A DNA stretch of 64,000 nt from an uncultured Granulicatella sp. (lineage in GTDB: Bacteria > Bacillota > Bacilli > Lactobacillales > Aerococcaceae): contig NZ_CAUQCL010000008.1 in the NCBI RefSeq assembly GCF_963516875.1, positions 711 through 64,710 of the forward strand, given 5' to 3'. Numbering within the stretch: the stretch's first letter is position 1; the number at the start of each line of letters is the position of its first letter. The position numbers and the translations under genes are program-made. Shown here piece after piece: positions 10,512 to 21,942 of this stretch. The notes below the pieces were generated by a model. The model was not told the DNA's origin. It was given only the letters and a program-made list of their open reading frames with translations, and did not search any database.

Positions 10512-11918
10512 TTACTCTACTATAAATCCACTTTCTTTCATACAATAAACTTCAATCGCCATTTCTTGTTCAATCATTTGTTGGATTATAAAGTCTAAAG
10601 CATCTTCTTCCGTGAAGAATCGAAGCGTGAATACTTCTTCTCCTTCATTAACAAATAATTCTAGACTTGAGTAATCCATCCAAGCATTTAGATGTTTTAA
10701 AGGAGATTGTAACGTTCTTTCTCGTGTTTCCTTTTCTCCTGTTTCCCAATCGGTACGACTGACAGACAACACTTGAGATTCTGCATCATATTGAATTGAA
10801 ATTTCATTGCGTAATTGAATCGTTAATTTGTCCTGAACGGCTTCTTTCCAATTCACTGTCCACACTTGTGCAGGTGAAGAAAAGACCGATTCAAATCGAG
10901 TCGCATTCCATTGGATTTTTTGAACATCTGTTGTTAAATTCCATAATTCACGTGCAGGTTTTTGAAGATATTTTCCATTTTGAACCGACACTTCACGTGG
11001 AATGGTTAACGTATGAATCCAGCCATCTTGAATTGTTGGGATAAGGCCTTCTTTTCCTTCTGGAATTCCCATCCAACCATATTGAAGAATGCGACCGTCT
11101 TCTGCTTGGAAACTTTGCGGAGCATAATAATCAAATCCTGCATCAACTTCAGTTACGTTGTCCTCTTCCACAACAAATTTTCCATCAATTGTAAACTGAC
11201 CTAATTGCACTACAGTTTGATATAAATTATTGAATCGTTCTCCTTGAGCTTCAATTCCTTGCGGAGAATAAATAAATGCATCCTTCTCTTCAAATGGAAT
11301 CACATCTGGACATTCCCACATATATCCGAAGTCTTTTTCTTCAACACTAATCAAACCATTTAGTACCCAGTGAAGTAAATCTTCTGAACGATATACTAAT
11401 GTATCTCCTTTTAAATCTTCCGTTTGAGCTCCTACAACCATCCAGTAATGATCGACACGAGAATCATACCAAACTTTTGGATCACGCACATGTCTTGTAT
11501 AGCCTTTTGGATGTTCAAATAATGGGCCTTTCTTTTCAAAATGAATCCCATCTTCTGACACTGCTAAACATTGATAACTAGAAGCATTTCCTTCTTCATC
11601 TTTTACATTTCCTGTATAAAATAACCATAATTGATCATTATGAACATATGCACTACCAGAATATACCCCACTTTTATCAAACCATTGGTCTGGAGCTAAT
11701 GCTAGTTCGACTCTTTTCCATTGAATCATATCATCCGAAACAAGATGTCCCCAATGCTTATTTGCATGCTTTGTATCTGTTGGATTCCATTGAAAAAATA
11801 CATGATATTGTCCTTTAAAATAAATTAATCCATTTGGATCGTTCATTAATCCATAAGGAGGAACAATATGATACACTAATCCATATTTTCCAGTATTACT
11901 TTTTCTTACTAAACTCAT
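10512..11918 (-). CDS. scrB: Sucrose-6-phosphate hydrolase (GH32)
   Basis: MNDPNG, SGSA, RDP, WECP motifs; downstream of a PTS IIBC gene. Confidence 0.9.
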   Translation of the reverse strand: MSLVRKSNTGKYGLVYHIVPPYGLMNDPNGLIYFKGQYHVFFQWNPTDTKHANKHWGHLVSDDMIQWKRVELALAPDQWFDKSGVYSGSAYVHNDQLWLFYTGNVKDEEGNASSYQCLAVSEDGIHFEKKGPLFEHPKGYTRHVRDPKVWYDSRVDHYWMVVGAQTEDLKGDTLVYRSEDLLHWVLNGLISVEEKDFGYMWECPDVIPFEEKDAFIYSPQGIEAQGERFNNLYQTVVQLGQFTIDGKFVVEEDNVTEVDAGFDYYAPQSFQAEDGRILQYGWMGIPEGKEGLIPTIQDGWIHTLTIPREVSVQNGKYLQKPARELWNLTTDVQKIQWNATRFESVFSSPAQVWTVNWKEAVQDKLTIQLRNEISIQYDAESQVLSVSRTDWETGEKETRERTLQSPLKHLNAWMDYSSLELFVNEGEEVFTLRFFTEEDALDFIIQQMIEQEMAIEVYCMKESGFIVE

Positions 11919-11981
11919 TGATACTCCTCATCTACATAAAAGTCGAAGCTATCGTGTGACGCTTCGACTTTTTCTTTTATT

Positions 11982-13391
11982 TTATTTTTTCAACATATCA
12001 TCGCTATAACCGATTGTATATGTTAATCCAAAACTTACTGCAAAGGCTACTGCGATTGCTAATACGTATAATGGGAATTGGCTATTTAAGAATAATAACA
12101 TTCCTGGTAATACTGTTACAGACATACCTGTTGCTTTTAATTGGAATAAAGCTGCTAAGAATCCTCCTGTAGCTCCTCCGATTAATCCCATTACAAATGG
12201 TTTACCAAAACGTAAGTTAACCCCAAAAATTGCTGGCTCTGTAATTCCTAATGCAGCAGAGAATGCTGATGGTAATGCTAGAGCTTTTAATTTTGTATCT
12301 GTTGTTTTGAAGGCAACCGCTAATGTTGCTCCTACTTGTGCAGCCATTGCTGCTGAGATAATTGGGTTAAATGGATTTAATTCCACCCCTGTAGCAATTT
12401 TTGAAGATTGTAATAATTGTGTTTCTAAGAAATTAAAGATGTGGTGAACACCTGTTACTACGATTACTTGTTGTAATCCACCAATAATAATCCCTGCTAA
12501 ACCAAATGGTAATTGTAAAACAAATTCAGTTGCATTTAATACGACTGTTTCTACTGAGTGGAAGAATGGTCCAATGATGAATAATCCAAGAACACTCATT
12601 ACTAAAAATGTTAAGAATGGTGTTACTAATAAATCTAATGCATCTGGAACTTTTGTACGTAACCATTTTTCTAATTTAGCGCCAATCATTCCTACGAAGA
12701 ATGCTGGTAAAACTGTTCCTTGGTAACCTACTACTTTAATGAAACCAAAAAATACAATTGGCTCTGCTCCACCGGCAGCTACTACATAAGCATTTGGTAA
12801 AGCGCTGTTTACTAACATTAATCCTAAAACAATTCCAAGTACTGGTGAACCACCGAATACTTTAAATGTTGACCATGCTACTAATGCTGGTAAGAAAGCA
12901 AAGGCTGTGTCTGTTAATACTTGTGTGTATAATAAGAAGTTTTTGTCAATTACGTCAGGTGTCATTCCGAATAATCCTAGGAAAATTGGGTTTGTTAATA
13001 ATCCGCGTAATCCCATGAAAAGTCCTGTTGCTACTAAAACTGGGATAATTGGAACGAATACGTCTCCGAATGTTCTACTCATTCTTTGGAATAAGTTTCC
13101 TTGTTTTTTCGCTTCTTCTTTCATTTGTGCTGTTGAAGTTTCTGCTACTCCTAAACGAGCAACGGCTTCATAGACTTTATTGACTGTTCCTGTTCCGAAG
13201 ATAATTTGGTATTGACCTGAGTTAAAGAACGCTCCTTTTACTCCTTCTAATTGGTCAATGGCTTCTTTGTTGATTTTTGCTTCATCAAGAACCATAATTC
13301 TCAAACGTGTAGCACAGTGTGCGACAGATTGAACATTTTCACGTCCTCCGATATTTTCAAGGACTTCTTTTGCAATTACATCATAATTCAT
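11982..13391 (-). CDS. scrA: PTS sucrose-specific IIBC component
   Basis: HCATRLR IIB motif, GITEPAIFGVNL IIC motif. Confidence 0.88.
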   Translation of the reverse strand: MNYDVIAKEVLENIGGRENVQSVAHCATRLRIMVLDEAKINKEAIDQLEGVKGAFFNSGQYQIIFGTGTVNKVYEAVARLGVAETSTAQMKEEAKKQGNLFQRMSRTFGDVFVPIIPVLVATGLFMGLRGLLTNPIFLGLFGMTPDVIDKNFLLYTQVLTDTAFAFLPALVAWSTFKVFGGSPVLGIVLGLMLVNSALPNAYVVAAGGAEPIVFFGFIKVVGYQGTVLPAFFVGMIGAKLEKWLRTKVPDALDLLVTPFLTFLVMSVLGLFIIGPFFHSVETVVLNATEFVLQLPFGLAGIIIGGLQQVIVVTGVHHIFNFLETQLLQSSKIATGVELNPFNPIISAAMAAQVGATLAVAFKTTDTKLKALALPSAFSAALGITEPAIFGVNLRFGKPFVMGLIGGATGGFLAALFQLKATGMSVTVLPGMLLFLNSQFPLYVLAIAVAFAVSFGLTYTIGYSDDMLKK

Positions 13392-13430
13392 GTTGAACTA
13401 TCCTTTCTTTTTTCAATTCGGAACCATTTG

Positions 13431-13479
13431 TGGAACCGGTTTGCATACATAAGATAAAGTAAAATAATACACTTGTCAA
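13431..13479 (-). promoter_or_regulatory. scrA promoter with a LacI-family (ScrR/CcpA-type) operator
   Basis: Minus strand TTGACA-17-TATCTT; palindrome TGGAACCGGTTTGCA at 13431-13445. Confidence 0.6.
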
Positions 13480-13543
13480 CCACTTCTAACAATGTAAATG
13501 ATGTAAATATTATGAAAAGGGTATTTTCATCTTTTACTAAATT

Positions 13544-13937
13544 AAAATACAACCGACTTTTGGAGTTGTAGCAATGGACGCCAGTAGCTTCGCTCTGCGA
13601 ATCTCTTGGCTAAAATTTGAGCCTATGGTCTCAAATTTCCCAGTAATAGAAACTGCTGCGACAGTTTCTATTACCAATGCTACTTGAAAAGTCGGTTGTA
13701 TTTTCATTTTTTATGCGGATAAAAGGTTATGTAACGGCACTAACAGATTTACTTTTTGGGGTCATTTACTAAAATTAAAATTCAACCGTCTTTTAGAGTT
13801 GTAGCAATGGACGCCAGTAGCTTCGCTCTGCGAATCTCTTGGCTAAAATTTGAGCCTATGGTCTCAAATTTCCCAGTAATAGAAACTGCTGCGACAGTTT
13901 CTATTACCAATGCTACTTGAAAAGTCGGTTGTATTTT
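13544..13937 (-). repeat. Two near-identical reverse-orientation copies of the multi-hairpin element (tandem duplication, period 233 bp)
   Basis: 13544-13704 and 13777-13937; arms AAAATACAACCGACTTTT/AAAAGTCGGTTGTATTTT. Confidence 0.9.
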
Positions 13938-14054
13938 CATTTTTTATGCGTATAAAAGGTTGTGTAACGGCATTAACAAGAAAACGTACAACCGTTACTA
14001 CAAAGCAAAGTCAATCTCTTATACGTACTCTAATAAACACCCGTCCATAAGAAA

Positions 14055-14190
14055 AGACTTTGCATAGTAGCACAAGTAATATAATCTGCAGAGTCAGATT
14101 ATATTACCGGAAAATTCGAGACCAAGGCTCGAATTTTAGCCATGAAACCGAAGGTTTGCTGGCGTCCGCCGCTACTATAAAGCAAAGTCT
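14055..14190 (+). repeat. Multi-hairpin element copy
   Basis: AGACTTTGC...AAATTCGAGACCAAGGCTCGAATTTTAGCCATGAAAC...GCTGGCGTCC...GCAAAGTCT. Confidence 0.9.
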
Positions 14191-14203
14191 ATTTCTAAAT
14201 AAA

Positions 14204-14917
14204 TTAACGTTTGTCGATCCTCTTCACCGCATAGTCTCCGACAAATTGAATCAAGAACACAAGAATTAAAATCGCAACCGTCGCCACGAAAATAATATCC
14301 TGCTTATTACGAGTAAAACCAATCATATATGCCAAGTTCCCTAATCCCCCAGCACCAATAACACCCGCAACAGCAGTAGAACCTACTAACGCAATCGTTG
14401 TTACCGTAATACCAGACACTAACGCAGGAAGTGATTCAGGAATTAACACCTTCGTAATAATCTGACGAGTCGTAGCACCCATTGATTCTGCCGCTTCTAC
14501 AACCCCAGAAGGAATCTCATTTAAAGAAATTGACACTAAACGAGCATAGAACGGAGCTGCACTAATCACTAAAGTTGGAATCGCACCCTTAGGTCCTAAA
14601 ATAGTTCCCATTAACGCTTTCGTAAAAGGCATTAATAAAGCCAGTAAAATAATAAATGGAACCGAACGGAAAATATTAATAATTCCAGAAAGGAATAAAT
14701 TCACCCATTTATTTTCTAAACTTCTACCAGGACTTGTTAAATATAAAAACAAACCCAGTGCTAAACCAATAATGAACACATAGAAAGTAGATAGAAAACT
14801 CATATAAACTGTTTCATTTGTCGCTTTAATAACTTCATTCCAATCTACATTTTTAAAACTCAACATCTCTTGGAATAATTCTGAAAAACTCGATTGAGCT
14901 AAAAACACATTAAACAT
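14204..14917 (-). CDS. metI: Methionine ABC transporter permease
   Basis: FRSVPFIIL, EAAESMGA, GAGGLG. Confidence 0.92.
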   Translation of the reverse strand: MFNVFLAQSSFSELFQEMLSFKNVDWNEVIKATNETVYMSFLSTFYVFIIGLALGLFLYLTSPGRSLENKWVNLFLSGIINIFRSVPFIILLALLMPFTKALMGTILGPKGAIPTLVISAAPFYARLVSISLNEIPSGVVEAAESMGATTRQIITKVLIPESLPALVSGITVTTIALVGSTAVAGVIGAGGLGNLAYMIGFTRNKQDIIFVATVAILILVFLIQFVGDYAVKRIDKR

Positions 14918-15935
14918 TTTCTAGTACCTCCACAATAATTTCTGCTTTTCTTAAGTAATCAATCACTTCTTCAGCTTTAGCAGATTCTTCTTCAATTAAA
15001 ATAATCATACTTCCAAGCACACCTTTTTGCGTTACATTTACATGCGCTTGTAAAATCGAAATTGAAACATCTAGTTTACGAATAACTTCTGATAAAATTC
15101 CTTCTGCTGTTGTATCCCCTAAATATTGAATACGAACAGCTACTCCCGGACGAAGTGAAGTTGATAAATGATCAAAAACATCTGCTAAATCTTGTTCAGA
15201 ACGTTCTTCACCAACAAATTGTTTTGTAATCGTTTGTTGAGGATTTTTAAATACTTCTAATACTTCCCCAGTTTCAACTACTCTACCTTGTTCCATTACA
15301 GCAACACGATGGCAAATTTGACGAACGACATGCATTTCATGCGTAATTAATACAATTGTTAACCCTAAACGTTTATTAATTTCTACTAATAAATTCAAAA
15401 TATCTTTTGTTGTTTTTGGATCTAACGCACTTGTTGCTTCATCACATAATAATACTTCTGGATCATTGGCTAATGCACGAGCAATCCCCACTCTTTGTTT
15501 TTGTCCACCAGATAACTGAGATGGATAAGATTTTTCTCTTCCTGTTAATCCAACAATTTCAATTAATTCGGCTACTTTTTTCTGGCGAATATCTTTTGCC
15601 ACTCCAGCAATTTCTAATGAAAATGCAATGTTTTCTTCAACTGTACGAGACCATAATAAGTTGAAATGTTGGAAAATCATCGCAATTTTACGACGCTCTT
15701 GTAATAATTCTTTTTTCTTTAATGTAGTAATATCTTTATCATTGACAAAAATATGACCAGTTGTAACAGATTCAAGACCATTTAACAAACGAATTAATGT
15801 ACTTTTACCTGCCCCTGAAAAACCGATAATACCAAAAATTTCGCCTTTTTTAATGTCTAATGAAACATCTTTGACTGCTTCAACTGTCCCTTGTTTGCCA
15901 TGATAAATTTTAGAAACTTCTTGTATTTTAATCAT
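14910..15935 (-). CDS. metN: Methionine ABC transporter ATPase
   Basis: [30 protein letters not shown]-terminal NIL-type domain. Confidence 0.93.
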   Translation of the reverse strand: MIKIQEVSKIYHGKQGTVEAVKDVSLDIKKGEIFGIIGFSGAGKSTLIRLLNGLESVTTGHIFVNDKDITTLKKKELLQERRKIAMIFQHFNLLWSRTVEENIAFSLEIAGVAKDIRQKKVAELIEIVGLTGREKSYPSQLSGGQKQRVGIARALANDPEVLLCDEATSALDPKTTKDILNLLVEINKRLGLTIVLITHEMHVVRQICHRVAVMEQGRVVETGEVLEVFKNPQQTITKQFVGEERSEQDLADVFDHLSTSLRPGVAVRIQYLGDTTAEGILSEVIRKLDVSISILQAHVNVTQKGVLGSMIILIEEESAKAEEVIDYLRKAEIIVEVLENV

Positions 15936-15954
15936 TATTCTTCTCCTTATACTC

Positions 15955-15992
15955 TAAAAAGGTGTGGCAAATAGCGCGTGCCACACCTTTTA
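15955..15992 (-). terminator. Intra-operon hairpin/terminator after metQ
   Basis: AAAAAGGTGTGGCA...TGCCACACCTTTTT. Confidence 0.65.
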
Positions 15993-16000
15993 TTTTATCA

Positions 16001-16858
16001 TTATTTTGCAGGAATTACAGATCCATCTGCATATTTATCAGAGATAAATTTACGGATTTCATCACTTTGTAATGCTTTGATTAAAGCTTTGATTTTATCA
16101 GAATCTTTATCTTTTGGTTTAACTGCTACTAAGTTTGCATATGGTGAACTTTCATCTTCTAATGCGATTGAATCTTTTTTAGGAGATAATTTTGCATCAA
16201 TTGCGAAGTTTGAGTTGATAATTACTGCATCTCCTTCGTTAGCTTCAAATGTTGAAACTAATAATTCAGGAGCAATTTCATTTTTAATTTGAATGTTCTT
16301 TTTGTTTTCAACGATATCGCTTAATTGAGCGTCAACTGGTTTAACTCCATCTTTTAATTTAATTAAACCTGCTTTTGTGAAGAATGATAAGAAACGACCA
16401 ACTTCAGCTGGGTTTGTTGAAGCATATACTGTTGCGTTTTCTGGTAAATCTGCTAGAGATTTATATTTTTTAGAATAAATAGCCATTGGCTCGATGTGAA
16501 CATTACCGATACTTACTAAATCTTCATTATGTTCTTTGTTGAATTTTTCTAAGTAAGGTGTATGTTGGAAGTAGTTAGCATCTGCATCTCCTCCGAATAC
16601 GATTTGGTTAGGTGTTACGTAGTCGTTTACGATATTGATTTGTAAATCATATCCATCTTTTTTAAGAATTGATTTAGCTGCTTCTAAAATTTCACCGTGT
16701 GGTGCAGGTGAAGCTACTACTGTAATTTTTTTGTCTTCCACTTTTGGAGCTGCTGTCGTTGCTGCATCTTTTGATTGAGATGCTCCGTTTCCACATGCTA
16801 CTAATGTTGTAGCTACTAATCCTAACGCTGCTGTTTTAATTAATTTTGAAATGTTCAT
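16001..16858 (-). CDS. metQ: MetQ/NlpA lipoprotein
   Basis: Lipobox LVAC; DYVTPN, DANYFQHTPYL. Confidence 0.92.
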   Translation of the reverse strand: MNISKLIKTAALGLVATTLVACGNGASQSKDAATTAAPKVEDKKITVVASPAPHGEILEAAKSILKKDGYDLQINIVNDYVTPNQIVFGGDADANYFQHTPYLEKFNKEHNEDLVSIGNVHIEPMAIYSKKYKSLADLPENATVYASTNPAEVGRFLSFFTKAGLIKLKDGVKPVDAQLSDIVENKKNIQIKNEIAPELLVSTFEANEGDAVIINSNFAIDAKLSPKKDSIALEDESSPYANLVAVKPKDKDSDKIKALIKALQSDEIRKFISDKYADGSVIPAK

Positions 16859-16961
16859 AAATAAATTCCCCTTTTCTTTTCCATTGATTAATGATGATTA
16901 ACGGGCGCGCTTTCCGTCAATCGTCGAATCAGATAATTGATGTTATAAGTATTTGAGCCAT

Positions 16962-17215
16962 AAAAAAACTCCACCTTAGTTTTTGACTAGAGGCGAAGGA
17001 TCGCGTTACCACTCTATTTTTAACAAACTTCACAGCTTGTTACTCTATAAGTACACTCTTGTATACTCTAGTACGGTATCGGGCACCATTCGCAGAAGCT
17101 TCATCACTTCTGTTGCTCCCAGACCATTTTCAATAAAGTTCCTGCATCCTTTTTCACCAACCGGACTCTCTTTTTACGTTCGCTTTTATTTACTTATCTG
17201 TTCATTGCATCAGTT
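16962..17215 (-). promoter_or_regulatory. T-box riboswitch (Met, AUG specifier)
   Basis: Minus strand AGAGTGGTAACGCG; GAAA-ATG-G specifier; terminator with U tract. Confidence 0.88.
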
Positions 17216-17367
17216 ATTTATCTGTTGTAGATAATATAATATATATTTAAGTTATTGTCAACGACTTTAGATAAATATTCAATATAGTTTTTAACTATTA
17301 CATTCCATAGCTTTTCTGCATGATAGGAAGTGATTTATGGTAAAATGAAAACAAAGGAGCTTTTAAT

Positions 17368-17565
17368 ATGAACAGAATTAAAACTTTTTCAAAATCAATA
17401 AAACAGCCAGAAAACATTACAGAAACAACACTATCAATAATTCATTCTATCGAAAATGAATTAGATTTTGCAGATAAATACGCTGAAGAACATTCCACAA
17501 GATATTCCCACAAAGAAATTTTTACCCGAGCAAAAGAAAGAATCAAGAATACTTCTTCGTTCTAA
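17368..17565 (+). CDS. Small protein; C-terminus resembles Phd/YefM-type antitoxin tails
   Basis: TGGTAAAAT extended -10, AAAGGAG RBS; ELDFADKYAEEHSTRYSHKEIF. Confidence 0.45.
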   Translation: MNRIKTFSKSIKQPENITETTLSIIHSIENELDFADKYAEEHSTRYSHKEIFTRAKERIKNTSSF

Positions 17566-17599
17566 AAGTCCCCTTATTTATTTACGAAAAACGGAGAAA

Positions 17600-17924
17600 G
17601 ACTTCCTCATAGTAGCATGCGTGAAAGCAGCCGAAACTCGGCTACTTTCACAAGGAAAAATCAAGACCCTAGGCTTGATTTTTAGGCATGAGACTCGTTT
17701 TAATGAGGCTACTGCCGTCCTATGCTACTATTTTGGAAGTCACTATCCTAAACATCGTCTCATCTCCTCACGTAAAACGGAGAAAGACTGTTCGCCGTTG
17801 CAAAAGTAATAGTAGCCATATCGGCTACTATTACACGGGAAATTTCGAGACTAAGGCTCGAAATTTAGCCATGAGACAGCATTAGCTGGCTGCTGGCGAC
17901 CTTGCAACAAAAGAACAGTCTTTC
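17600..17924 (+). repeat. Two multi-hairpin element copies downstream of smpB
   Basis: 17600-17741 and 17782-17924, each with (G/A)AGAC..GGCT hairpins and complementary outer arms. Confidence 0.9.
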
Positions 17925-17928
17925 GTAG

Positions 17929-18393
17929 TTAACGATAGTTTTTTAACTCTCTCTGTACATCTCGTTTTATATCTTTTTGTTTTAACGCTTCACGTTTATC
18001 ATAGTTTTTCTTACCTTTCGCAATTCCAATCAACAACTTGGCAACCCCATTTTTAATATAAACCTTCAATGGAACAACCGTATTTCCTGCCTGTCTTACC
18101 TCTTGCTCAAGCATTTGAATTTGTTTCTTATGCAATAACAACTTTCTCGTACGAAGCGGATCATGATTGAAAATATTCCCCTGCTCAAACGGACTAATGT
18201 GAACCCCTACTAAAAAAGCTTCTCCATTTTTAAAACTACAATAACCATCTTTCAAATTCATTCTAGCTTGACGAACCGATTTAATCTCCGTTCCCGTTAA
18301 TACTAAACCTGCTTCAATCGTATCTAAAATCGTATAATCATGATTCGCCTTACGATTTTGCGCTAAAACTTTATTATCTGTTCCTTTTGGCAT
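17929..18393 (-). CDS. smpB: SsrA-binding protein
   Basis: [38 protein letters not shown]. Confidence 0.97.
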   Translation of the reverse strand: MPKGTDNKVLAQNRKANHDYTILDTIEAGLVLTGTEIKSVRQARMNLKDGYCSFKNGEAFLVGVHISPFEQGNIFNHDPLRTRKLLLHKKQIQMLEQEVRQAGNTVVPLKVYIKNGVAKLLIGIAKGKKNYDKREALKQKDIKRDVQRELKNYR

Positions 18394-18404
18394 CCGAATT
18401 CTCC

Positions 18405-20732
18405 TTACGAATGTTTTTTTCTACGCTTTTGCTTTGCTTGCGCTTTAAAATGTTGTCTTCCTTTATTTTTGGAAGACCTCTTTGATTTTTTACTTCTGCT
18501 TTCTTTTTTCGCAGTTTTCTTAGGCGCTTCTTTTCCTTTAGTTGGACGTTTGTTTTGATTAATCAAATCTGCATTATCCGCCGCTAAAATAAAATCAATT
18601 TCATGCGCTTCTACATCAACTTTAATTAATTTTACTTTAACACGATCTCCAATTCGATAAGTTACTCCTGTTCTCTCACCAATTAAGACCATATGACTTT
18701 CAATAAAGTTAAAGTAATCTTGATTCATATGCGTAATATGCACTAAACCTTCAACGGTATTTGGCAATTCCACGAATATTCCGAACTTGGTAACGGAACT
18801 AACAATTCCTTCAAACTCTTGTCCAATCTTATCAGCCATAAATTCAGCTTTCTTCATCGCATCTACTTCACGTTCTGCTTGAACTGCTAAACGTTCCATT
18901 TTACTCGATTGATCCGCAATTCTTTCTAATTTAGAAGCATTTAATTCTTCTTGTTGCTTCGATAAGAAACTTCCAGTACCTTCGTATTGACGAATCATAC
19001 GGTGAACAATTAAGTCTGGATAACGACGAATCGGTGAAGTAAAGTGAGTATAATCTTCTGCTGCTAATCCATAATGTCCAGAAGGTGTAATATCATATTT
19101 AGCTTGTTTCATAGAACGTAACATCATTGTCGATACAACTGCTTCATATGTTTCCCCTTTTACTTCATCTAAAGCTTTTTGCAGTTTTTTCGGACTAATG
19201 GTGTCGCTTGTTCCTTTAATATTAATGCCAAATGCTGTGACAAACTCTAAGAAACGTTGCATTTTTTCTTGTTGTGGTTGTTCATGGACACGGTAAATAA
19301 ATGGAACATTTTTCCGTTGATAGTGCATCGCAACTGTTTCATTAGCCGCTAACATAAAGGATTCAATTAATCGTTCGGCAACTCCACGTTCACGAATTTG
19401 AATGTCAATCGGTGCGCCTTGTTCGTCCACAATAATTTTTGCTTCATGTGTTTCAAAATCAATCGCACCACGTTCTTTTCTTCGTCTTTCTAAAATATGA
19501 TGTAATTCTTTCATCTCCAACAACATTTGCTGAATTTCATCTGGAATTTCAACTTCTTTTTTCTCATACAATTCATTCACTAAACTGTATGTTAATCGCA
19601 TATCTGAACGAATAATACTTGGGAAAATCTCATATTGATAAATCGTTCCACTACGGTCAATTTCCATGCGACAAGACATCGTTAATCGTTCTTCATGTGG
19701 ATGTAATGAACAAATTCCATTCGATAATCGCTGTGGTAACATTGGAACGACACGGTCTGTTAAGTACACACTTGTTCCACGTTCAAATGCTTCTCTATCG
19801 ATAGCTGAATTTTCTGTCACATAATACGATACATCCGCAATCGAAACGGTTAATTCAAATATTCCATCTTCACGTTTTGTTAATGCAACGGCATCATCTA
19901 AGTCTTTGGCATCTGCTCCGTCAATTGTCACCGTTAATTGTTCACGTAAATCTTTACGCCCTTTTCGATCTTCATCTGTGATGACTTCAGGAACAAGATT
20001 TGCCTGCTCGATTACTTCTTGTGGAAATTCTGTTGGAATATGTAATTGTTGTAAAATCATTAAAATATCCATTCCAACGGCATCTTTGTACCCAATTTCT
20101 TTGACAACAATTCCTTCTAATGAAGAACGATTTTTTTCATTCGTATATTTCGTTAATTCTACAATGACCACTGTTCCATCTACTGGATGCAAACCATTTG
20201 GACGAATTAAACAACGAGTGCCTGCTAATTTTTTATCTTTGACAACTAGTTCACCGCAATAACCTGTATCTTCAGCAGTTTCAGAACTAAATCGAGTATA
20301 AATCCCTACCACTTGAGTGGTATAGCGTTGAATAATTTGGACAATTTTCCCTGTCGCAGAACGTTGACGATAGCTATCGGCTGGTTCTGTAATTACTAAT
20401 TCTACTTCATCCCCATCCATCGCACTCATTGTATCTCCACGAGGAATGAAAATATCTGATTCTCCTTCGACTACTGTAACAAATCCAAATCCTTTGTCAT
20501 TGGCACGATACGTTCCTTTTAATGTTTGATTTAAAGGATTTAATCCAAACTTTCCATTTCGATTTAATTCTAAGACGCCTTCTTCTTCTAATGCGGCTAA
20601 TTCTTTGACTAATATTTTAAAATCTTGAGATTGATTCATCCCAAAATGCTCACTAATTTCCTTTACGTAGAAACTTTCTGGTGCATATTCTTCAAAAAAA
20701 GACACCAAAACTGTTCTCAATGATTCTCTCAT
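18405..20732 (-). CDS. rnr: Ribonuclease R
   Basis: [25 protein letters not shown]1 domain, basic tail; secG-est-rnr-smpB context. Confidence 0.96.
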   Translation of the reverse strand: MRESLRTVLVSFFEEYAPESFYVKEISEHFGMNQSQDFKILVKELAALEEEGVLELNRNGKFGLNPLNQTLKGTYRANDKGFGFVTVVEGESDIFIPRGDTMSAMDGDEVELVITEPADSYRQRSATGKIVQIIQRYTTQVVGIYTRFSSETAEDTGYCGELVVKDKKLAGTRCLIRPNGLHPVDGTVVIVELTKYTNEKNRSSLEGIVVKEIGYKDAVGMDILMILQQLHIPTEFPQEVIEQANLVPEVITDEDRKGRKDLREQLTVTIDGADAKDLDDAVALTKREDGIFELTVSIADVSYYVTENSAIDREAFERGTSVYLTDRVVPMLPQRLSNGICSLHPHEERLTMSCRMEIDRSGTIYQYEIFPSIIRSDMRLTYSLVNELYEKKEVEIPDEIQQMLLEMKELHHILERRRKERGAIDFETHEAKIIVDEQGAPIDIQIRERGVAERLIESFMLAANETVAMHYQRKNVPFIYRVHEQPQQEKMQRFLEFVTAFGINIKGTSDTISPKKLQKALDEVKGETYEAVVSTMMLRSMKQAKYDITPSGHYGLAAEDYTHFTSPIRRYPDLIVHRMIRQYEGTGSFLSKQQEELNASKLERIADQSSKMERLAVQAEREVDAMKKAEFMADKIGQEFEGIVSSVTKFGIFVELPNTVEGLVHITHMNQDYFNFIESHMVLIGERTGVTYRIGDRVKVKLIKVDVEAHEIDFILAADNADLINQNKRPTKGKEAPKKTAKKESRSKKSKRSSKNKGRQHFKAQAKQKRRKKHS

Positions 20733-20735
20733 CTC

Positions 20736-21455
20736 TTACCTCCATTCTTGTTGGTTTAAAAATTCTAATACAGATTCTTGAAATGCTGCTTTTTCTTTTC
20801 CGACTGTAATGACATGCCCTGATTGTTCAAACCAATGAAAATCAACGGCTGCATTCACTAATGCTTCTTTCATTTCAATCGATACTTCAGGATCGACTAA
20901 TCGATCCAATTCCCCTTGCGCAATATAAAAAGGTCCTGTCACCTGTTCTAAGTTTTCTGCCACTTTAGCTGAAAAATCATGTAAATCTGCTAATTGTTGT
21001 TTTGCTTTAGTTTCTAATTCAATGATGGCATCCTCGCTCATTTGAGCATTTTTTGCAAATGCCATAAAACTCTTCAATAAATCTGGTAATTGTGCATTTC
21101 TCGTAGATACAGGTGAACAAAATGTTCCCGCAATTTCCACTAATTGATTGGTTGCTAAGGCTGCTGCCATCATTCCTCCCATGGATAATCCTAACGCAGC
21201 AACCGTTGAATACCCTTGATTTCTCACAAATTGAACCGCCTGTTTTGCATCTTCATACCATTTATCAGGATTTTCATTTAAAATTTCATTCACATTTGAA
21301 TGCTCGTGTCCACTAAAAGTAGGGACATACACCGCATAATCATGTCGATGTAAAAATGAAGCTAACATCCTTAGGTCAGATGACTTCCCAGTATATGCAT
21401 GAAATAAAATAACCACCCGTTTATTTGTTGTTTCTTCTAACCAAATTGCTTCCAA
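20736..21455 (-). CDS. Carboxylesterase (alpha/beta hydrolase, YvaK/Est-like)
   Basis: GLSMGG nucleophile motif, SGHVIT; likely TTG start at 21455 after AGGAG. Confidence 0.85.
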   Translation of the reverse strand: MEAIWLEETTNKRVVILFHAYTGKSSDLRMLASFLHRHDYAVYVPTFSGHEHSNVNEILNENPDKWYEDAKQAVQFVRNQGYSTVAALGLSMGGMMAAALATNQLVEIAGTFCSPVSTRNAQLPDLLKSFMAFAKNAQMSEDAIIELETKAKQQLADLHDFSAKVAENLEQVTGPFYIAQGELDRLVDPEVSIEMKEALVNAAVDFHWFEQSGHVITVGKEKAAFQESVLEFLNQQEWR

Positions 21456-21544
21456 GTTGTTCACTCCTACCCTTAATTGATATTTTCCATATAGAAAAAC
21501 ACAATGTCTTAGAGATACTCCTTCAACATTGTGTTTAATCATTT

Positions 21545-21778
21545 TTATTTTGATGAAATGTACGCTAAGGCTACTGCTAAAATCATAAAGATTGCTCCTA
21601 ATCCGACAGTTACTCGAATTAAGAATGCTTCAAATCCACGTGCTTTTGTTTTTCCGAATAATTGCTCAGCACCGCCCGATAAGGAATTTGCTGCATTTGT
21701 TTTTGATGGTTGCATAGCTACAATAATAATTAGTAAGACACTAATAATAATCATCAATGTTAAAATTGTTTGATACAA
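21545..21778 (-). CDS. secG: Preprotein translocase subunit SecG
   Basis: LSGGAEQLFGKTKARG between two transmembrane helices. Confidence 0.95.
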   Translation of the reverse strand: MYQTILTLMIIISVLLIIIVAMQPSKTNAANSLSGGAEQLFGKTKARGFEAFLIRVTVGLGAIFMILAVALAYISSK

Positions 21779-21942
21779 AGGATCTCCTCCTCATCTAATA
21801 TTCCTTTCAATTCTACCACAAATATACCGTAATTACTACCAATTGCTCTTAATTTATTTATCTCAGTACATTTTTTAAGCATCCATCCCCTATTTTTTCT
21901 AATTTCGTGATATAATGAACGTAATATGAAAAGGAGGTTTTT

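Noticed and set aside
17570..17928. tmRNA (ssrA) after smpB
   Set aside because: No GGGG...TCCACCA ends or tag reading frame; the region is two repeat copies
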